Source: Chrysomallon squamiferum (lineage: Eukaryota > Animalia > Mollusca). Taken from it: a stretch of DNA of 64,000 nt. Made by a program: the position numbers and the translations under genes. Of this stretch, positions 12,795 to 26,320 are shown one piece after another. The stretch is from NCBI GenBank assembly GCA_012295275.1, contig CM022670.1, positions 1,860,001 through 1,924,000 on the forward strand. Reading direction: 5' to 3'. The notes under the pieces were generated by a model. That model worked only from the letters and a program-made list of their open reading frames with translations. It did no database searches and was not told where the DNA came from. Numbering within the stretch: the first letter of the stretch is position 1; every line of letters starts with the position of its first letter.

Positions 12795-15700
12795 GACTGG
12801 ATGTCTTCACTTACTAGCAGACGTAAATCGATCGAAGTCAGGTTCGTCTGGTTTGGGGTTACTGTTTATAATTTAGTACGAGTCAGTTTTATTTATTTAT
12901 TTGTTTCTTTGTTTCTTTATTTGATCATACTGTAATTTATTATTATTATTATTATTATTATTAGTCGTAGTAGTAGTAGTAGTAACAGCAGCAGTAGTAG
13001 TAGTAGTAGTTAATGTAGTAGTAGTTGTAGTAGTAATAGTAGTAGTAGAGCAACAGCAGCACTTATTGTACTTAATTCTTTATTTCATTTTTGTTACTAG
13101 AAACTGTTTATTTACATATTTATTTATTGTCAACAAAGAGCCATGGCTGCTAGCAGTAAGTAACTATGGCGGTGGGTTTTCTGCACGTTTTATGCGTTAA
13201 TAGTATAAATTAAAGACATAAAGATGTATTAGCTGATTCACTGCCAATTAAAATGAAGTCTGCCAGGGTCGGAGTAAATTAATCGGGGCTATAAAAAGTC
13301 ATCCTGTCATGAATTAATGTACTGAAAATAATGATATTATTTGATATATCAGTTTAAAAATAGATCAACAAAAAAGTTATCAGGACAACAGTAATGATTT
13401 TTGTAGCATGCAAGTATTTAGTGCGGGATCCTCGAAACATTATGATAATTTTGAAGTGTCTTGCTTAATATTATAAATCAGAACGTTCTGGTATTGGTTT
13501 GCTCCGACCAGTTTGTAAGACTTCATCATTTGTTAATGGTATTTTAATTTGATTTATATATAATGTTTGTTTTTTTTGTTTTTTTTTAATTCTGTTTGTA
13601 TTTAGAACACTCGTTTTAACAGTTTGAACTTTTTATTCTAATCTCATTGCTTTACAATTCGTAGTATATTATATTTATCTTAATTGTGTTCCTTATCAGT
13701 GATAAAGAACGGGCTAAGAATTGTAAAAACATCACTGGTTTAATTTAAGACACCTCGGTGTATAGGTAAAGACATTTCTTTGTATCCAGTTTTTTAGATA
13801 AGATTATCTGAAAATATGCAACGGTTGCTGGATTTTACGGTTATTTACTTTTCCAAGAAGCAGATCACTTTTGATAACCTTCTTTCATTTTAACTGCCTA
13901 AGTTATGTTTTTTCGTCAGACGTTTTGCGATCACGTTTTTGAGAATATAACCGTATCTGCTTGACTCGTCGTGAACTTCCTGGTTGGCTTGTTCACGCTC
14001 GTTCTAAATGTAACACAATGTAAAGTAGCCTGGACGAAATATTTGCTTTTCTTCTCTTGAAGACAATAAAAATTTATTTTACACGTAAGTGGATATTTCC
14101 TTTATAAACGCGCATATGTTGTTTTTAAAAAAAACCCACCAAAACCCACACCAGTAAACTATGATTACATCAAGCTCAGGAGTGGCGATCCGCATTTAAT
14201 TACAACACTCAGATTCCTACTGACAAAATCTGTTTATTCAGTATGGTAAGTAACAAGGACAACATAAAGTTATAGTAACAGTAGACTTCGTCCAAGGCTA
14301 CTGGATGTAAAGTACAAGATAATATCTTGAAATGAGCTCAAAACAGTTTGCTTGTTGTCTATTCACTCAGCTGAAGAAGATGTGGTTCATTTAATAGGCT
14401 AAAACATGAATAAACTGACTGCATAAGCGTTCATATTCCATTCAACGAAACAATATAGCATTTATTTTGCAATCTGTAATTGCGTGATTTTGGAGGTGGG
14501 TTGTAACTCATATTTCAGAGAATATTCATCACTCTATCGTACGTGGCAAACAGAAGCTAAATAGCAGTTTGTTTAAACACGAGTAATTTAGTTCAGCACG
14601 TTCTGTAGTGTATGAATGGAAATCAGAATGAAACATTGTTAAATATTAAATCGTAATTAATACATTTATGATTATTGTTAGATACATTTTTTTCCCCTTA
14701 AATACTTCTTAATCAAATCACTGTAGGAATATTAGGTATATATATATTTCAGTCCAGATATTTAAATAACACGAATAAATTTATTTATGATTTCAGTAGT
14801 ATATATATATATATATATTTATATATATACTAGATTCCATTTCATAAGAATACAAAGCCAGATGGTTCTATTGGTCTCAAGAACATTCTACAGCTTATCC
14901 CTACCAACGCACAGAACCTGAAATATTATGAAACGTTATGGTAGCTATGGTAACCATAATGTAAGTTTTGCCGTTATCCGAATGAAATAGTGATTCAACA
15001 TTTGTTCAATAGCATTTAAAAATATATTTTTATCTAGTTCAGATATGTTTTATTATATTATTCATTTTGAAAGATTAGTGTCAAGATGCAACCATACTAA
15101 TCTTTCTGTTGTATAAAAATATATTTAAGCTTTTTTTTTCTTTCATTGCCATCATATATATACAGTTAATAGAATTAAGAATAAATCTAAATTTCAAAAA
15201 ATATTTCATTTCGGTTATAATATGTAAATATTATATATTTTTTTCCATTTCTAATTTACAGAGAAAGCTTAATAAACTAAAAATAAGCAGAATTCTAATC
15301 CGGTTTCCCAACAGAATTCATCCTGTCATTCAACACAGTTTCGACTAAAATCATCTAAGATTACAAGAATTCACGCAGCCATCCAGAACATCTCCAACAA
15401 ATGATCGCATGACGTCATTAGAATCAACCCAGTCTTCCAGTACAGTTCCAGCAGTTTATGACAAGAATCCACCCAGTCATCCAGTCATCCAGTCCATACA
15501 TTTAGAACTATTTATGTAAACTGTCGGATTATGACAGTAGAACACACCCAGTCTTTCAGCCCTTACCCTGCTCTTAACTGGATGACAACCTGATAAAGAT
15601 TCATTTAGGAATTCAGAAAGTATTCTGTTTGGAAGTCTGAAGACTCGGCAATGTTCCTGATAAATCGTTAAATGCAGAAATACAAAAATTCAAATACCTT

Positions 15701-16504
15701 TTTTTTATTCTTTTTTTTTTACGTCACAATCAGGATTGACGAACTTTCTTCTGCTTTTCAAGGAATTTAGAAATATCTCGTGACATTCAATCTAAAATAG
15801 TGAATTTCAATAACTAAGTTTTACTTTTACATTGTCTTTAGTTATATTGTAAAGATTTACAGTTGTTTCTTAATTTCAGATATTTACTAAACGTAAATTA
15901 TGTAAATTTTTGTAAATATATTTATATTTGGTTGTCTCCAAAGTATAAAAAGGTTTACTTACGATATGTTATATACTTGTTCTGATAAGTTAAAACATAT
16001 ATAATAAAATAAGCTTCATTATTAATGTTTTTAAAATATAGAATTAAAAAAGACAAGAAAAAGTAAAGAAAGAAATGATAAATCACTAAACACAATTTAG
16101 TGAAATTTTATTTTTCTTGTTTGTGAAAATGACATAAAATGTATCTGTAAATATATACAATAATAAAAATGTTAAAACATTGGTTATCTGTGTGTTATTA
16201 TATATAAAATGAATGTGCATTGTTACAAAACATTATTCTACATATATATATATATAAAACAAAAAATAAAGCAAGAAATGATACACACAAATGCGGCATC
16301 ATTGCTTACTCAGGTTAAATGATTGTGTTAAAAATTAAAAAACTACATTAAATGAAAACATATAGGCCTACATTTTAGTACTTTGTTTTTCCAATACCGT
16401 CAGAGAGATACCAGTTCACTGTCATCTTCACATTTACTCTTTAATAAAAACTGATATCTAATAAAATCAGTCCAACAAAGACGTCACATGTTTAAATTTT
16501 AATG

Positions 16505-17563
16505 TTACTCAGTGATGTATTTGATATCAGGACACAACATTTTAAAACAGTCTTTGCACGGTTCTCCGTTATCTGGTCCGCAACAGCCATCATGACCTGG
16601 AATCGATTTTAAGTAGTCGAATTCCCGTCCACAGTACACCCACCCTGACCAGCCCTGCCACCGCCCCTTTCCAGTGAAGTCGTCTGCGGTGTCGGATCTC
16701 AGCACGCGGCAGGCTGGACAGTTTGGACCGTTGTCCGGTCCGCATTTTTCATCCGTAGTTGTCGGACAGGGACGATTGTTGAACGACATGACTCGTCTTC
16801 TACAATAAAACAATCCACTTTTGGAGCCTCGTTTTGGTTCGTAACCCGGTTTCTTACACGGTGGGAAGACCAAGTTTAAACCGAGTTTATCGAGTTCGCT
16901 CAATTCCTCGTTAACCTGGTTTAAGGGTGTGATCATCCAGACTTTGTCCTGATCGGGCCTCCGTACAAGAACATTACTTTCTGGGTAGTGCATAACGCTG
17001 AACACGTCGTACCGAGTCAGAGCCAGAAAGTCAGCATCAGCGGCGAACTGTGGATACCAAGGATCATCTTTCTCCACTTTTATTTCAACAGGAGCATCTT
17101 GACGTTGATGTTCGTGCCCAAATCCTAGCGCGTGCAACAGTTCGTGAATTGGTGTCCTTTTAGAAACAGAGCGTTTAGTGCCGAGCGATACAACAGCCCT
17201 CTCGTTCTGATATATATTTCCTCTGCAAAACGCCTTATTGTTTTCTGCACCAACTATTGTAATTTTGGAATTCTCCGACGTGGACACTTGTAATACGAGA
17301 CCCGGAGCGGCCACACTGATTTCCTCTATTGCGTCCCATATTGGACATTTCCATTTCTCATCTACCGGCTCGCTGGTGCTCAGGTATACGTTGACAACGA
17401 CAGGATCGTCAGCCAGGCTGTGACAACTTTGTTTCTGGTAGAACTGAGCACATAGTTGAGAGAAATTATCAGTATTCAGTTCTTTAACGAATTGTGTAGC
17501 CTCCGTTTTTTTATCTTTAAGTGTCGCTGGTTCAGTTACCGCCAGAAATTGTTTGTCTGCCAT
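16505..17563 (-). CDS. Intronless astacin-like (M12A) zinc metalloprotease with two C-terminal Cys4 repeats, copy A, 352 aa
   Basis: HELLHALGFGHEHQRQD fits the astacin signature HExxHxxGFxHExxRxD; Met-turn SVMHY; C-terminal FYCRR...CGPDNGPNCPAC and VYCGR...CGPDNGEPCKDC; hydrophilic N-terminus without signal peptide; single uninterrupted ORF from ACAATGG. Confidence 0.92.
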   Translation of the reverse strand: MADKQFLAVTEPATLKDKKTEATQFVKELNTDNFSQLCAQFYQKQSCHSLADDPVVVNVYLSTSEPVDEKWKCPIWDAIEEISVAAPGLVLQVSTSENSKITIVGAENNKAFCRGNIYQNERAVVSLGTKRSVSKRTPIHELLHALGFGHEHQRQDAPVEIKVEKDDPWYPQFAADADFLALTRYDVFSVMHYPESNVLVRRPDQDKVWMITPLNQVNEELSELDKLGLNLVFPPCKKPGYEPKRGSKSGLFYCRRRVMSFNNRPCPTTTDEKCGPDNGPNCPACRVLRSDTADDFTGKGRWQGWSGWVYCGREFDYLKSIPGHDGCCGPDNGEPCKDCFKMLCPDIKYITE

Positions 17564-17627
17564 TGTTGAATCTCGTACAGACAGAATACCAGTCTGAGTA
17601 ACCTGTAGAGTTCTGCTCTAAATATCG

Positions 17628-17641
17628 TAGTCACGTGACTA
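17628..17641. promoter_or_regulatory. Palindromic E-box/CLEAR-type element TAGTCACGTGACTA upstream of protease copy A
   Basis: Perfect 14-bp palindrome ~65 nt upstream of the ATG, followed on the coding strand by a TATA-like TATTTAG; identical at 54108-54121. Confidence 0.5.
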
Positions 17642-18848
17642 TGGCAGTGCAGCAAGCCTTTGTGTATAAAATTACAAACATTATACACAGCTTAAATGGG
17701 TGTAGAAATAGTTGGCTTTCATATGATCAACTAATATTTGTATATAATTATCAGTGCTGTTACAGACTAAGATTAATAATATAAATAGCAACCACAATAC
17801 TGTATCAAGTTTAAAACAATTAGACTATTAACGATAAAAATGTGACCCGAAGGAAAAATAAAACTGAATGGAAGAAATAGAAAAAGAGACGCCGCGTTTA
17901 AAAGTACAGCAAATCTCATAAGACTGAGTACACATACGTTCATAATCCAATTAACGCAACACTATCGCATTTATTTTATAATTTGTAATTGCGTGAGGTG
18001 GGTTGTAGCTTATATTTTTATTGCTATTCAATGTAATATGAACGTTTTATCATGAATAGTATATTTTTGAGAGTAACAACATAATGTTTATAATTACTGT
18101 GTATATATGTGTATGTGTGTTTTCGCAAATATATATATATGTTCACACACGTATACATATAAACATTACTAGTAAAATGAAAATTACGAAAGAAGATATT
18201 GTGATACATGCTCTTCACATATACAGAAAAACTAATCTTGGAGTAAACAAGTAATATGAAACTGAGCTGGGACACAAATAAACCCAACAGGGGCGCTTAT
18301 GAGTACTGATCTTGCGACCCATTATTGTCCCAGGCTTCCTCTGTAACCATTGAACCTGAGCTGCTGTTTTTGCAGACACACCTTAAATCAAAATATCACG
18401 CATAATATTTAATGTATTTTACTGGGGCACATATAAATCCAACAAGGTTACTTAAGAGCATTGAAGTGTGTAATATAACATACAGTATTGAAAAATGTTC
18501 GTAATATATTATATTATAAAAGCATAATAAAGTATTAATGAAATTAAAGTATAATATGTTTCTTACGGTAACAGTATATTACTTATAATAAAACTTTTAT
18601 ATAGTACTTATTATAAATGATAGCATACAGTAGGCTTACTTATGAGAACAGTACTTTAAAAGAATAAAAGTCAGCTGATGTATATTTTATAATAAAGATA
18701 ATTTTGTTATTATTTTTTGTTTATGATAGTGTAATAAAATTAATATTATAATAATTGTTTAGTTAATAATTTCACAGGTTTTAATTGTGTTCTGAATACA
18801 TTACATAAACGTGATGTTAATGACGTTGAATCATCTTGATATTTCTAT

Positions 18849-18950
<102 letters not shown>

Positions 18951-20476
18951 GCCTTGTTTAAAAGTACAGCAAATCTCATAAGACTGAGTACATATGCGTT
19001 CATAATCCAATTAACGAAACATTATAGCATTTATTTTATAATTTGTAATTGCGTGAGATGAGCTCATAGTTCAGAGAATATTCCAATATGATTATATTTT
19101 TTTCCCTTAAATACTTCCTAATCAAATTACTGTAGGAACACTAGGTATATACAGTTCAGTCTACAAAATTAGAAAACACGAATAAATGAATTTATATTTT
19201 CAGTAGTATATGCGGGTTTGATAAAGTAAAAATAGTATAATCTGTATAAAATATATAGATGCTATTATGACAAGTTTGACAATCCTTATGTACAACGCTT
19301 ACAAATATAGAATGAACTGAACCCGTAAACACATACAAACACACACATGCAAGACAGATATAAACTCTTATATTCTTAATATATATATATATATATATAT
19401 CCATTTTTAAATATTTTCTTTGCGTTCGATATAAAAATCAGAATCTTTTACACAGGATAAACTGATATATAGCAAATCAACTGCTGCAATAATATTTAAA
19501 TGGTTTAGTTTGTGTTGGTGGTTTTGTGACGAAGATGAGTCTCCTCTTTAAGATGTTACCCTTAAAAATTACATAACCTAAGTGTATCTGAGACAGAAGT
19601 CTCCTGTTTAATACATCATAGATGTTAGATTTCCTTGAACATTATATACGCTATGGTTAGGTGTTGTTTTGTGGGACACACCGGTGCCTGCATGTCTACC
19701 AAAGTTCCAAACAGTCACATCACCACTCCCGGGACAGGAATGTTAAGAGACACCCTATGTAGTCTTCTCTAGGCAATAAAAGTAGAGATGGCGTTTTGGT
19801 TGACAGACAGAGACAGTTCAGTTTTACAATAAAATAAAAACTCTTTGTAATCGGCAGTGTAAGAATGGTAAGCTTACTCGGTAAATAGCTATTATCATAT
19901 AAAACATATATTCTTTAAATTCGCGTTATTGTGTTTCTACTGAGTTAACGTTGGCTGAATAGAAATACATATATGACTTGTTTCCTGAATACCCTTGGAG
20001 CCGAACCCAATCGGGTAGCTATCTACCCGACACAGGGAGATCTGTATGCGTAGTATGTGCTGATTTGGAGGTAGAGTGTAAAGGCCGTTGCGGTGTTCTG
20101 ATCTCGTTACGTCACGACAGTGCTAATTACGGGTCGAATGCGCCTGCGTTAGACGTCTCGGGACATGGATAGATACACTAGCCTCCATTTCATAAGAATA
20201 CAAAGCCAGGTCGTTCTGTTAGTCTCAAGAACATTCTACAGCGTGTCCCCACCAACGCACAGAACCTGAGTTAACGTGGTATGTTTTGTAGCTATGGTAA
20301 CCCCATAATGTAATACCTGCAGTTATCAACAGCTTCTTAAAAATAATTTTTATCTAGTTCAGATGTGTTTTATTATATTATTAATATTTCTATTGTTTTC
20401 TGAAGGCTACATGTGAATGATTGAGATTAGTGGTTTAAATATATCGTACATGATTAGATGTTTAAAGGATTAACCA

Positions 20477-20515
<39 letters not shown>

Positions 20516-20894
20516 CACAAACACATATACATGTATATGATTTTGCAGTCTGGGAAAAAACATTATGAATAAAATATTTAATTAAATAATGGCAGTTTCA
20601 AATTTGTAAAAAAAAAAAAAAAAAATATGTATAAAGAAAATAATATTGAGACCTGCTATTGTCGTAGTACTTAACATATTGACATATCATCATCATCATA
20701 TGTCATCATCACCATCATCATCATATCTGTTGTTTGAAGCAAGTCTGAAAACGTTTTATCTTTGGTGATAAAATTATACGTTTATTAAACGCCCCGAGAG
20801 TTGTGTGTCTGAACAGAAGTTCTGGAATTTAATATATTTCTTTCTGTTTAGTTATTTAATTTACTCATTTTTTTATTTATTATTGTTATTGATA

Positions 20895-20978
<84 letters not shown>

Positions 20979-21945
20979 TTATTATTATTATTATTATTAT
21001 TATTGTAGTAATTGTTATCGTAGTTTTTGTTATTTTTGTCGTTTATATATCATGCATGATTTGTAACATTATTTTATCCAGCTGACGTCATCAAACAGAG
21101 AATTTACCTCAATGGCCTGACAACAACATTCCGAATATCGTCATAAATATATATATGTATGTATATTCTAGGCGTTAATTACAAGACGCATTTGTTTAAG
21201 AAATTTACTAACGATATTTTGCCACTAGCTTCTGGTAGCTGAGAGTGAAGCAGTGATTTATTTAGTGTAAAATATGTCTCAGACTAAAGTTTCCACAAAC
21301 TCACTGCTGATGTTATACTTGTTCAAGGTAAATCATTGTATAATTTAATTTGTAATAATTATAATTGTTGGGAACTATTTATTTATTTATTTATCATCAT
21401 AATCATCATCATGATTATCAAAATGTAAGAAGATTATTTTCTTTTTGGCTCTTTTATTTCGTGTTTTTATTCAAAAGAAGAAGAAAAAAGGTAAATTCTC
21501 GGAACGGTATCTTTGTGTTTTATTTTAATACTTTTAAAGATTAGTGTCCAGATATAACGATACTAATCTCTCTGTTGTATAAAAATATATTTAAGCTGTT
21601 TTTTTGTTTGTGGGTTTTTTTTAAATCTAAGATTAGACAAATATTTCATTTCGGTTATAATATGTAACTATTATATATTTTTTCCATTTCTAATTTACAG
21701 AGAAAGCTTAATAATTTAAAAATAAGCAGAATTCTACTCCGGTTTCCTAATAGAATTCATCCTGTCATTCAACACAGTTTCGACTAAAATAATCTAAGAT
21801 TACAAAAATTCACGCAGCCATCCAGAACATCTCCAAGAAATGATCGCATGACGTCATTAGAATCAACCCAGTCTTCCAGAACAGTTCCAGCAGTTTATGA
21901 CACGAGATGACAAGAATCCACCCAGTCATCCAGTCATCCAGTCCT

Positions 21946-22058
21946 TGCAGCCATAGCTTTCCCAATGTCACGTCTCCATTCACTAAGTACCGGCTTGCTG
22001 GAGCTCAGTCGTATGTTGGCAGTGACAGGACAAGGCTGAACTGAGTTTGATTCTCGTA
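21946..22058 (-). pseudogene. Relic fragment of another astacin-like paralogue (N-terminal part)
   Basis: gtaccggcttgctggagctcag..gta.gttg.ca.tgacaggac matches 24336-24380; frameshifted, with no start and no active site. Confidence 0.75.
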
Positions 22059-22106
22059 GAGTATTCAGTAGTAGTAACACAAACTAATCTTTGTTTATAC
22101 TGCTGT

Positions 22107-22209
<103 letters not shown>

Positions 22210-23157
22210 ATTTTTATTATCATTCAATGTAATATGAAACAGTTTTGTCATGAATAGTATATGTGTGAGAGTAACAACATAATTCAGTGAACATAATGTT
22301 CATAATTACTGTGTATATATGTGTATGTGTGTTTTAGCAAATATACATATATATATGTATGTATGTATGTATGTACACATACGTACACATATAAACATTA
22401 CTAGTAAAATGAGAATTACGAAAGAAGATATTGTGATACATGCTCTTCACATATACAGAAAAACTAATCTTGCCGTAAACAGGTACTTTAAAACTGAGCT
22501 GGGCACAAATAAACCCAACAGGGGCGCTTATGAGTATTGATGTGTGAAATATATCATATATTACTGAAAAATGTTCATAATATAATATATTATAGAAGCA
22601 TAATAAAGTATTAATGAAAAAAAGTATAATATGTTACTTACGATAACAATATATTACTTATAATAACAGTATTGTACAGTGCTTATAATTTAAATGAATA
22701 TATCAGCTGATGTATATTTTATAATAAAGATAATGTTGTATTTAGTATATTTTAAAAAAGACAAGAAATAATAAATACAATTTAGTGAAAATATAATTTA
22801 TTTTCTTTATCAATTTTAATATTTTTTGTTTTTGAAAATGACATAAAATGTATGTGTAAATATTATACAGAATAATAAAAATGTAAAACATTTGATTATC
22901 TATATCTTATTATTATATATAAAATGAATGTGCATTGTTACAAAACATTATTCTAGATACCATTACATATACATATCTATATCTATATGTATATCTATAT
23001 ATCTATCTATCTATCTATCTATATATATATATATATATTTAACTCTTCTTTATATACATTATTTAGTGACACTGTAATGAGAACTGTTTTCAGATATACT
23101 TGTTAATGACAAATTATAAACAAAATGTTTCCTGTAAATTTAAGCTACGATAAATAG

Positions 23158-23215
<58 letters not shown>

Positions 23216-23227
23216 ATTCAAACACAC

Positions 23228-23263
<36 letters not shown>

Positions 23264-23472
23264 TTATGCACGCATCATTGCTTTCTCAGATTAAATAATT
23301 GTGTTTTTAAAATTAAACAAATCACTATAAATTAAAACATATAGGCCTACTTTTTTTTCCAATACCGTCAGAGAGATACCAGTTCATTGTCATCTTCGCA
23401 TTTACTATTTAATAAAAATTCGTATCTAATAAAATCAGTCCAACAAAGACGTCACATGTTTAAATTTTAATG

Positions 23473-24549
23473 TTACTCAGTGATGTATTTGATATCAGGA
23501 CACAAAATTTTAAAACAGTCTTTGCACGGTACTCCGTTATTTGGTCCACAGTGGCCATCATGACCTGGAATCGATTTTAAGTAGTCGAATTCCCGTCCAC
23601 AGTACACCCACCCTGACCAGCCCTGCCACCGCCCCTTTCCAGTGAAGTCGTCTGCGGTGTCGGATCTCAGCACGCGGCAGGCTGGACAGTTTGGACCGTT
23701 GTTCGGTCCGCATCTTTCATCCGTAGTTGTCGGACAGGGACGATTGTTGAACGACATGACTCGTCTTCCACAATAAAACAATCCACTTCCGGAGCCTCGT
23801 TTTGGTTCGTAATCCGTTTTCGCACACGGTGGGAAGACCAAGTTTAAACTGAGTTTATCGAGTTCACTCAATTCCTCGTTAACCAGGCTCGACGGTTTCA
23901 GCTTCCAGGCTGTGTCCTCGTCGGGCTTCCGTACAAGATCTTCACTTTCCGGGTAGTGCATGACGCTGAACACGTCGTACCGAGTGAGAGCCAGCACGTG
24001 AGAATCGGTGGAGAAGTCTCGATACCAAGGATCGTCTTTCGGCACTTTACTTTTAACAAAATCCCCAGCATCCTTACGTTTGTGTTCGTGCTCGAATCCC
24101 AGCGCGTGCAGCAGTTCGTGAATTACGGTCCGTTTAGAAACCGGGTGTTCGTCGCCGAGCGAAACGACGACGTCATCGTACTGAAATATACTTCCTTTAC
24201 AAAACGCCTGATCATTCTTGTCACCCACCATTTTAATTTTGGAATACTCCGATGTGGAAATTTGTAACACGAGACCGGGAACGGCCAAACAGATTTGGTC
24301 TATTGCGTACGTTATTTGACGTATCCATTTGCTATGTACCGGCTTGCTGGAGCTCAGCTGTACGTTGACAATGACAGGACGGTCAGACAGGCTGAGCTGA
24401 CTCTGACTCTGGTAGAACCGAACGCATCGTAGACGTGGATCGCTTCTGACGTCAACTTCGTTCAGTTTTCGAACGACGTCTATAGCCCTGTTGTGTATAT
24501 ACTGAAGCGTCGCTCCGTCAGTTTCGTCCTCCGAATTTTTGCCGGCCAT
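23473..24549 (-). CDS. Intronless astacin-like zinc metalloprotease with two Cys4 repeats, copy B, 358 aa from the first ATG
   Basis: HELLHALGFEHEHKRKD, SVMHY, FYCGR...CGPNNGPNCPAC and VYCGR...CGPNNGVPCKDC. The ATG at 24549 has the same ACAATGG context as copy A (the ORF-track start at 24573 is a non-ATG codon). Confidence 0.92.
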   Translation of the reverse strand: MAGKNSEDETDGATLQYIHNRAIDVVRKLNEVDVRSDPRLRCVRFYQSQSQLSLSDRPVIVNVQLSSSKPVHSKWIRQITYAIDQICLAVPGLVLQISTSEYSKIKMVGDKNDQAFCKGSIFQYDDVVVSLGDEHPVSKRTVIHELLHALGFEHEHKRKDAGDFVKSKVPKDDPWYRDFSTDSHVLALTRYDVFSVMHYPESEDLVRKPDEDTAWKLKPSSLVNEELSELDKLSLNLVFPPCAKTDYEPKRGSGSGLFYCGRRVMSFNNRPCPTTTDERCGPNNGPNCPACRVLRSDTADDFTGKGRWQGWSGWVYCGREFDYLKSIPGHDGHCGPNNGVPCKDCFKILCPDIKYITE

Positions 24550-24961
24550 TGTCGAGTCTCGCGTAAACAACACCGGTGTGAATAACCTGTAGAGTTATCT
24601 CTGAGAATCACAGTGGCGTGACCCAGACAGTACAGTGTACCTATCTGTTTACACTGAATAACACGCTGAACAAACAGCGTAAATAAGTGTAGAAACAAGT
24701 TGGTTTTCTTATATAATCAACTAACATTTTTATGTAACTATTACTGCTGTTAAGATTAATGATATAGATAGCAACCACAATAGAGTATCAAGTTTAAAAC
24801 AGCTAGACTATTTATGTACAAGATAAAACTTAATGGGGGAAATAGATAAAGGGATATATATATGCGTGTGTATGTATATATATATATGTGTATATATATA
24901 CACACACACACATACATACATACATACATACACACAAAAATACATACATATATATATATAG

Positions 24962-25054
<93 letters not shown>

Positions 25055-26106
25055 TATTACTTTTTAAAATTATTATTGAATGTAATTATATGAAAGTGTT
25101 ATCATGAATAGTATATCTGCGAGAGTAACAGCATAATTCAGTGAATGTAAATAGAACAAAGCTATGCTAACACAATTCAGTGAATATCGATATAACTATA
25201 ATAAAAATTAACATTAACTGATTTTTTTAGATAACGTTCACGCATTATTAACTGAATGAAAATTACGAAAGAAGAGACTGTGATACATGCTCTTCACATA
25301 TATGGGAAAACTAATCTTGCAGTAAATAGGTACTTTAAAACTGAGCTGGGCACAAATAAACCCAACAGGGGCGCTTATGAGTACTGATCTTGCGTCTCAT
25401 TATTGTCCCAGGCTTCCTCTGTAACCACCAAATCTCAGCTGCTGTTTTTTATAGACACATCTTAAATGAAAATATCACGCATAATATTTAAAGTATTGTA
25501 TTTATTAAATGCCATACGTTACTGTCTTTCTTGATGCTGATCTCGATTGTTTCTGCTAATCATAGCCTATAAATACTCTTAAACATAACCGGTATTATCA
25601 CATTATTTTATCATCTTAGTTAATATCCACTGCGTCATCATGACGTCCACCATCACCGTGGCATCATCATCATCATCGTCAGTATCCTCATTGCTATTGT
25701 TGTTTCTGTTATTATTATTATTATTATCATCATTATTATTTTTGTTGTTGTTACTGTTTTTCATCGTCATTATTATCTTTATTTTTTCATTATTATTATT
25801 ATTGTTGTTGATACTGTTGATGTTGTTATCGTTACTCTAAAAAAGCTCTAAGAATATAAAACTGTACCAGATATTTCAGCAGCATTCCTTTCATAGAAAA
25901 AAAAAAATTACAAGGTCATTTGTTTGAGAAGTATCATGTTTTAGACGTGTTTTGTATTTGCACCATCACGTCCAGCCATTCTGTGAACGTTGAAATGACA
26001 AGCGTGACAAAGGAGGCTGAACATTGTCGAAAGTAAGTGTTTTATTTTATTTCTTGTACACGAATATTTTAAATACATCTTTACATCTTTAATGTACTGT
26101 TCAGTA

Positions 26107-26320
26107 AAGTTATTAGTATTATGACAGTGAAATACTTATGTATGTTATTAGTAATATGACAGTGAATTACTTATGCAAGTTATTAGAAATATGACAGTGA
26201 AAAATACTCATGTAAGTAATTTGTAATATGACAGTGAAATACTTATGTAAGTTATTTGTAATATGACAGTGAAATACGTATGCAAGTTATTTGTAATATG
26301 ACAGTGAAATACTTATGTAT
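26107..26320. repeat. 35-bp minisatellite, ~6 copies
   Basis: Unit AGTTATT(A/T)GTAATATGACAGTGAAATACTTATG(T/C)A; ATGACAGTGA at 26121, 26156, 26191, 26228, 26263, 26298; mirror at ~45355-45565. Confidence 0.9.

Noticed and set aside
15109-15348. 79-aa ORF conserved at 56362..56601
   Set aside because: TTG start, very AT-rich, broken in the copies at ~21575 and ~49870-50120; conserved only because of the duplication.
23956-24267. 103-aa antisense ORF conserved at 47376..47687
   Set aside because: Shadow of the protease CDS; conservation is explained by the duplication.
24550-24573. MLFTRDST N-terminal extension of copy B (also 47070-47093)
   Set aside because: Starts at a non-ATG codon; the ATG in ACAATGG context aligns with copy A's start.
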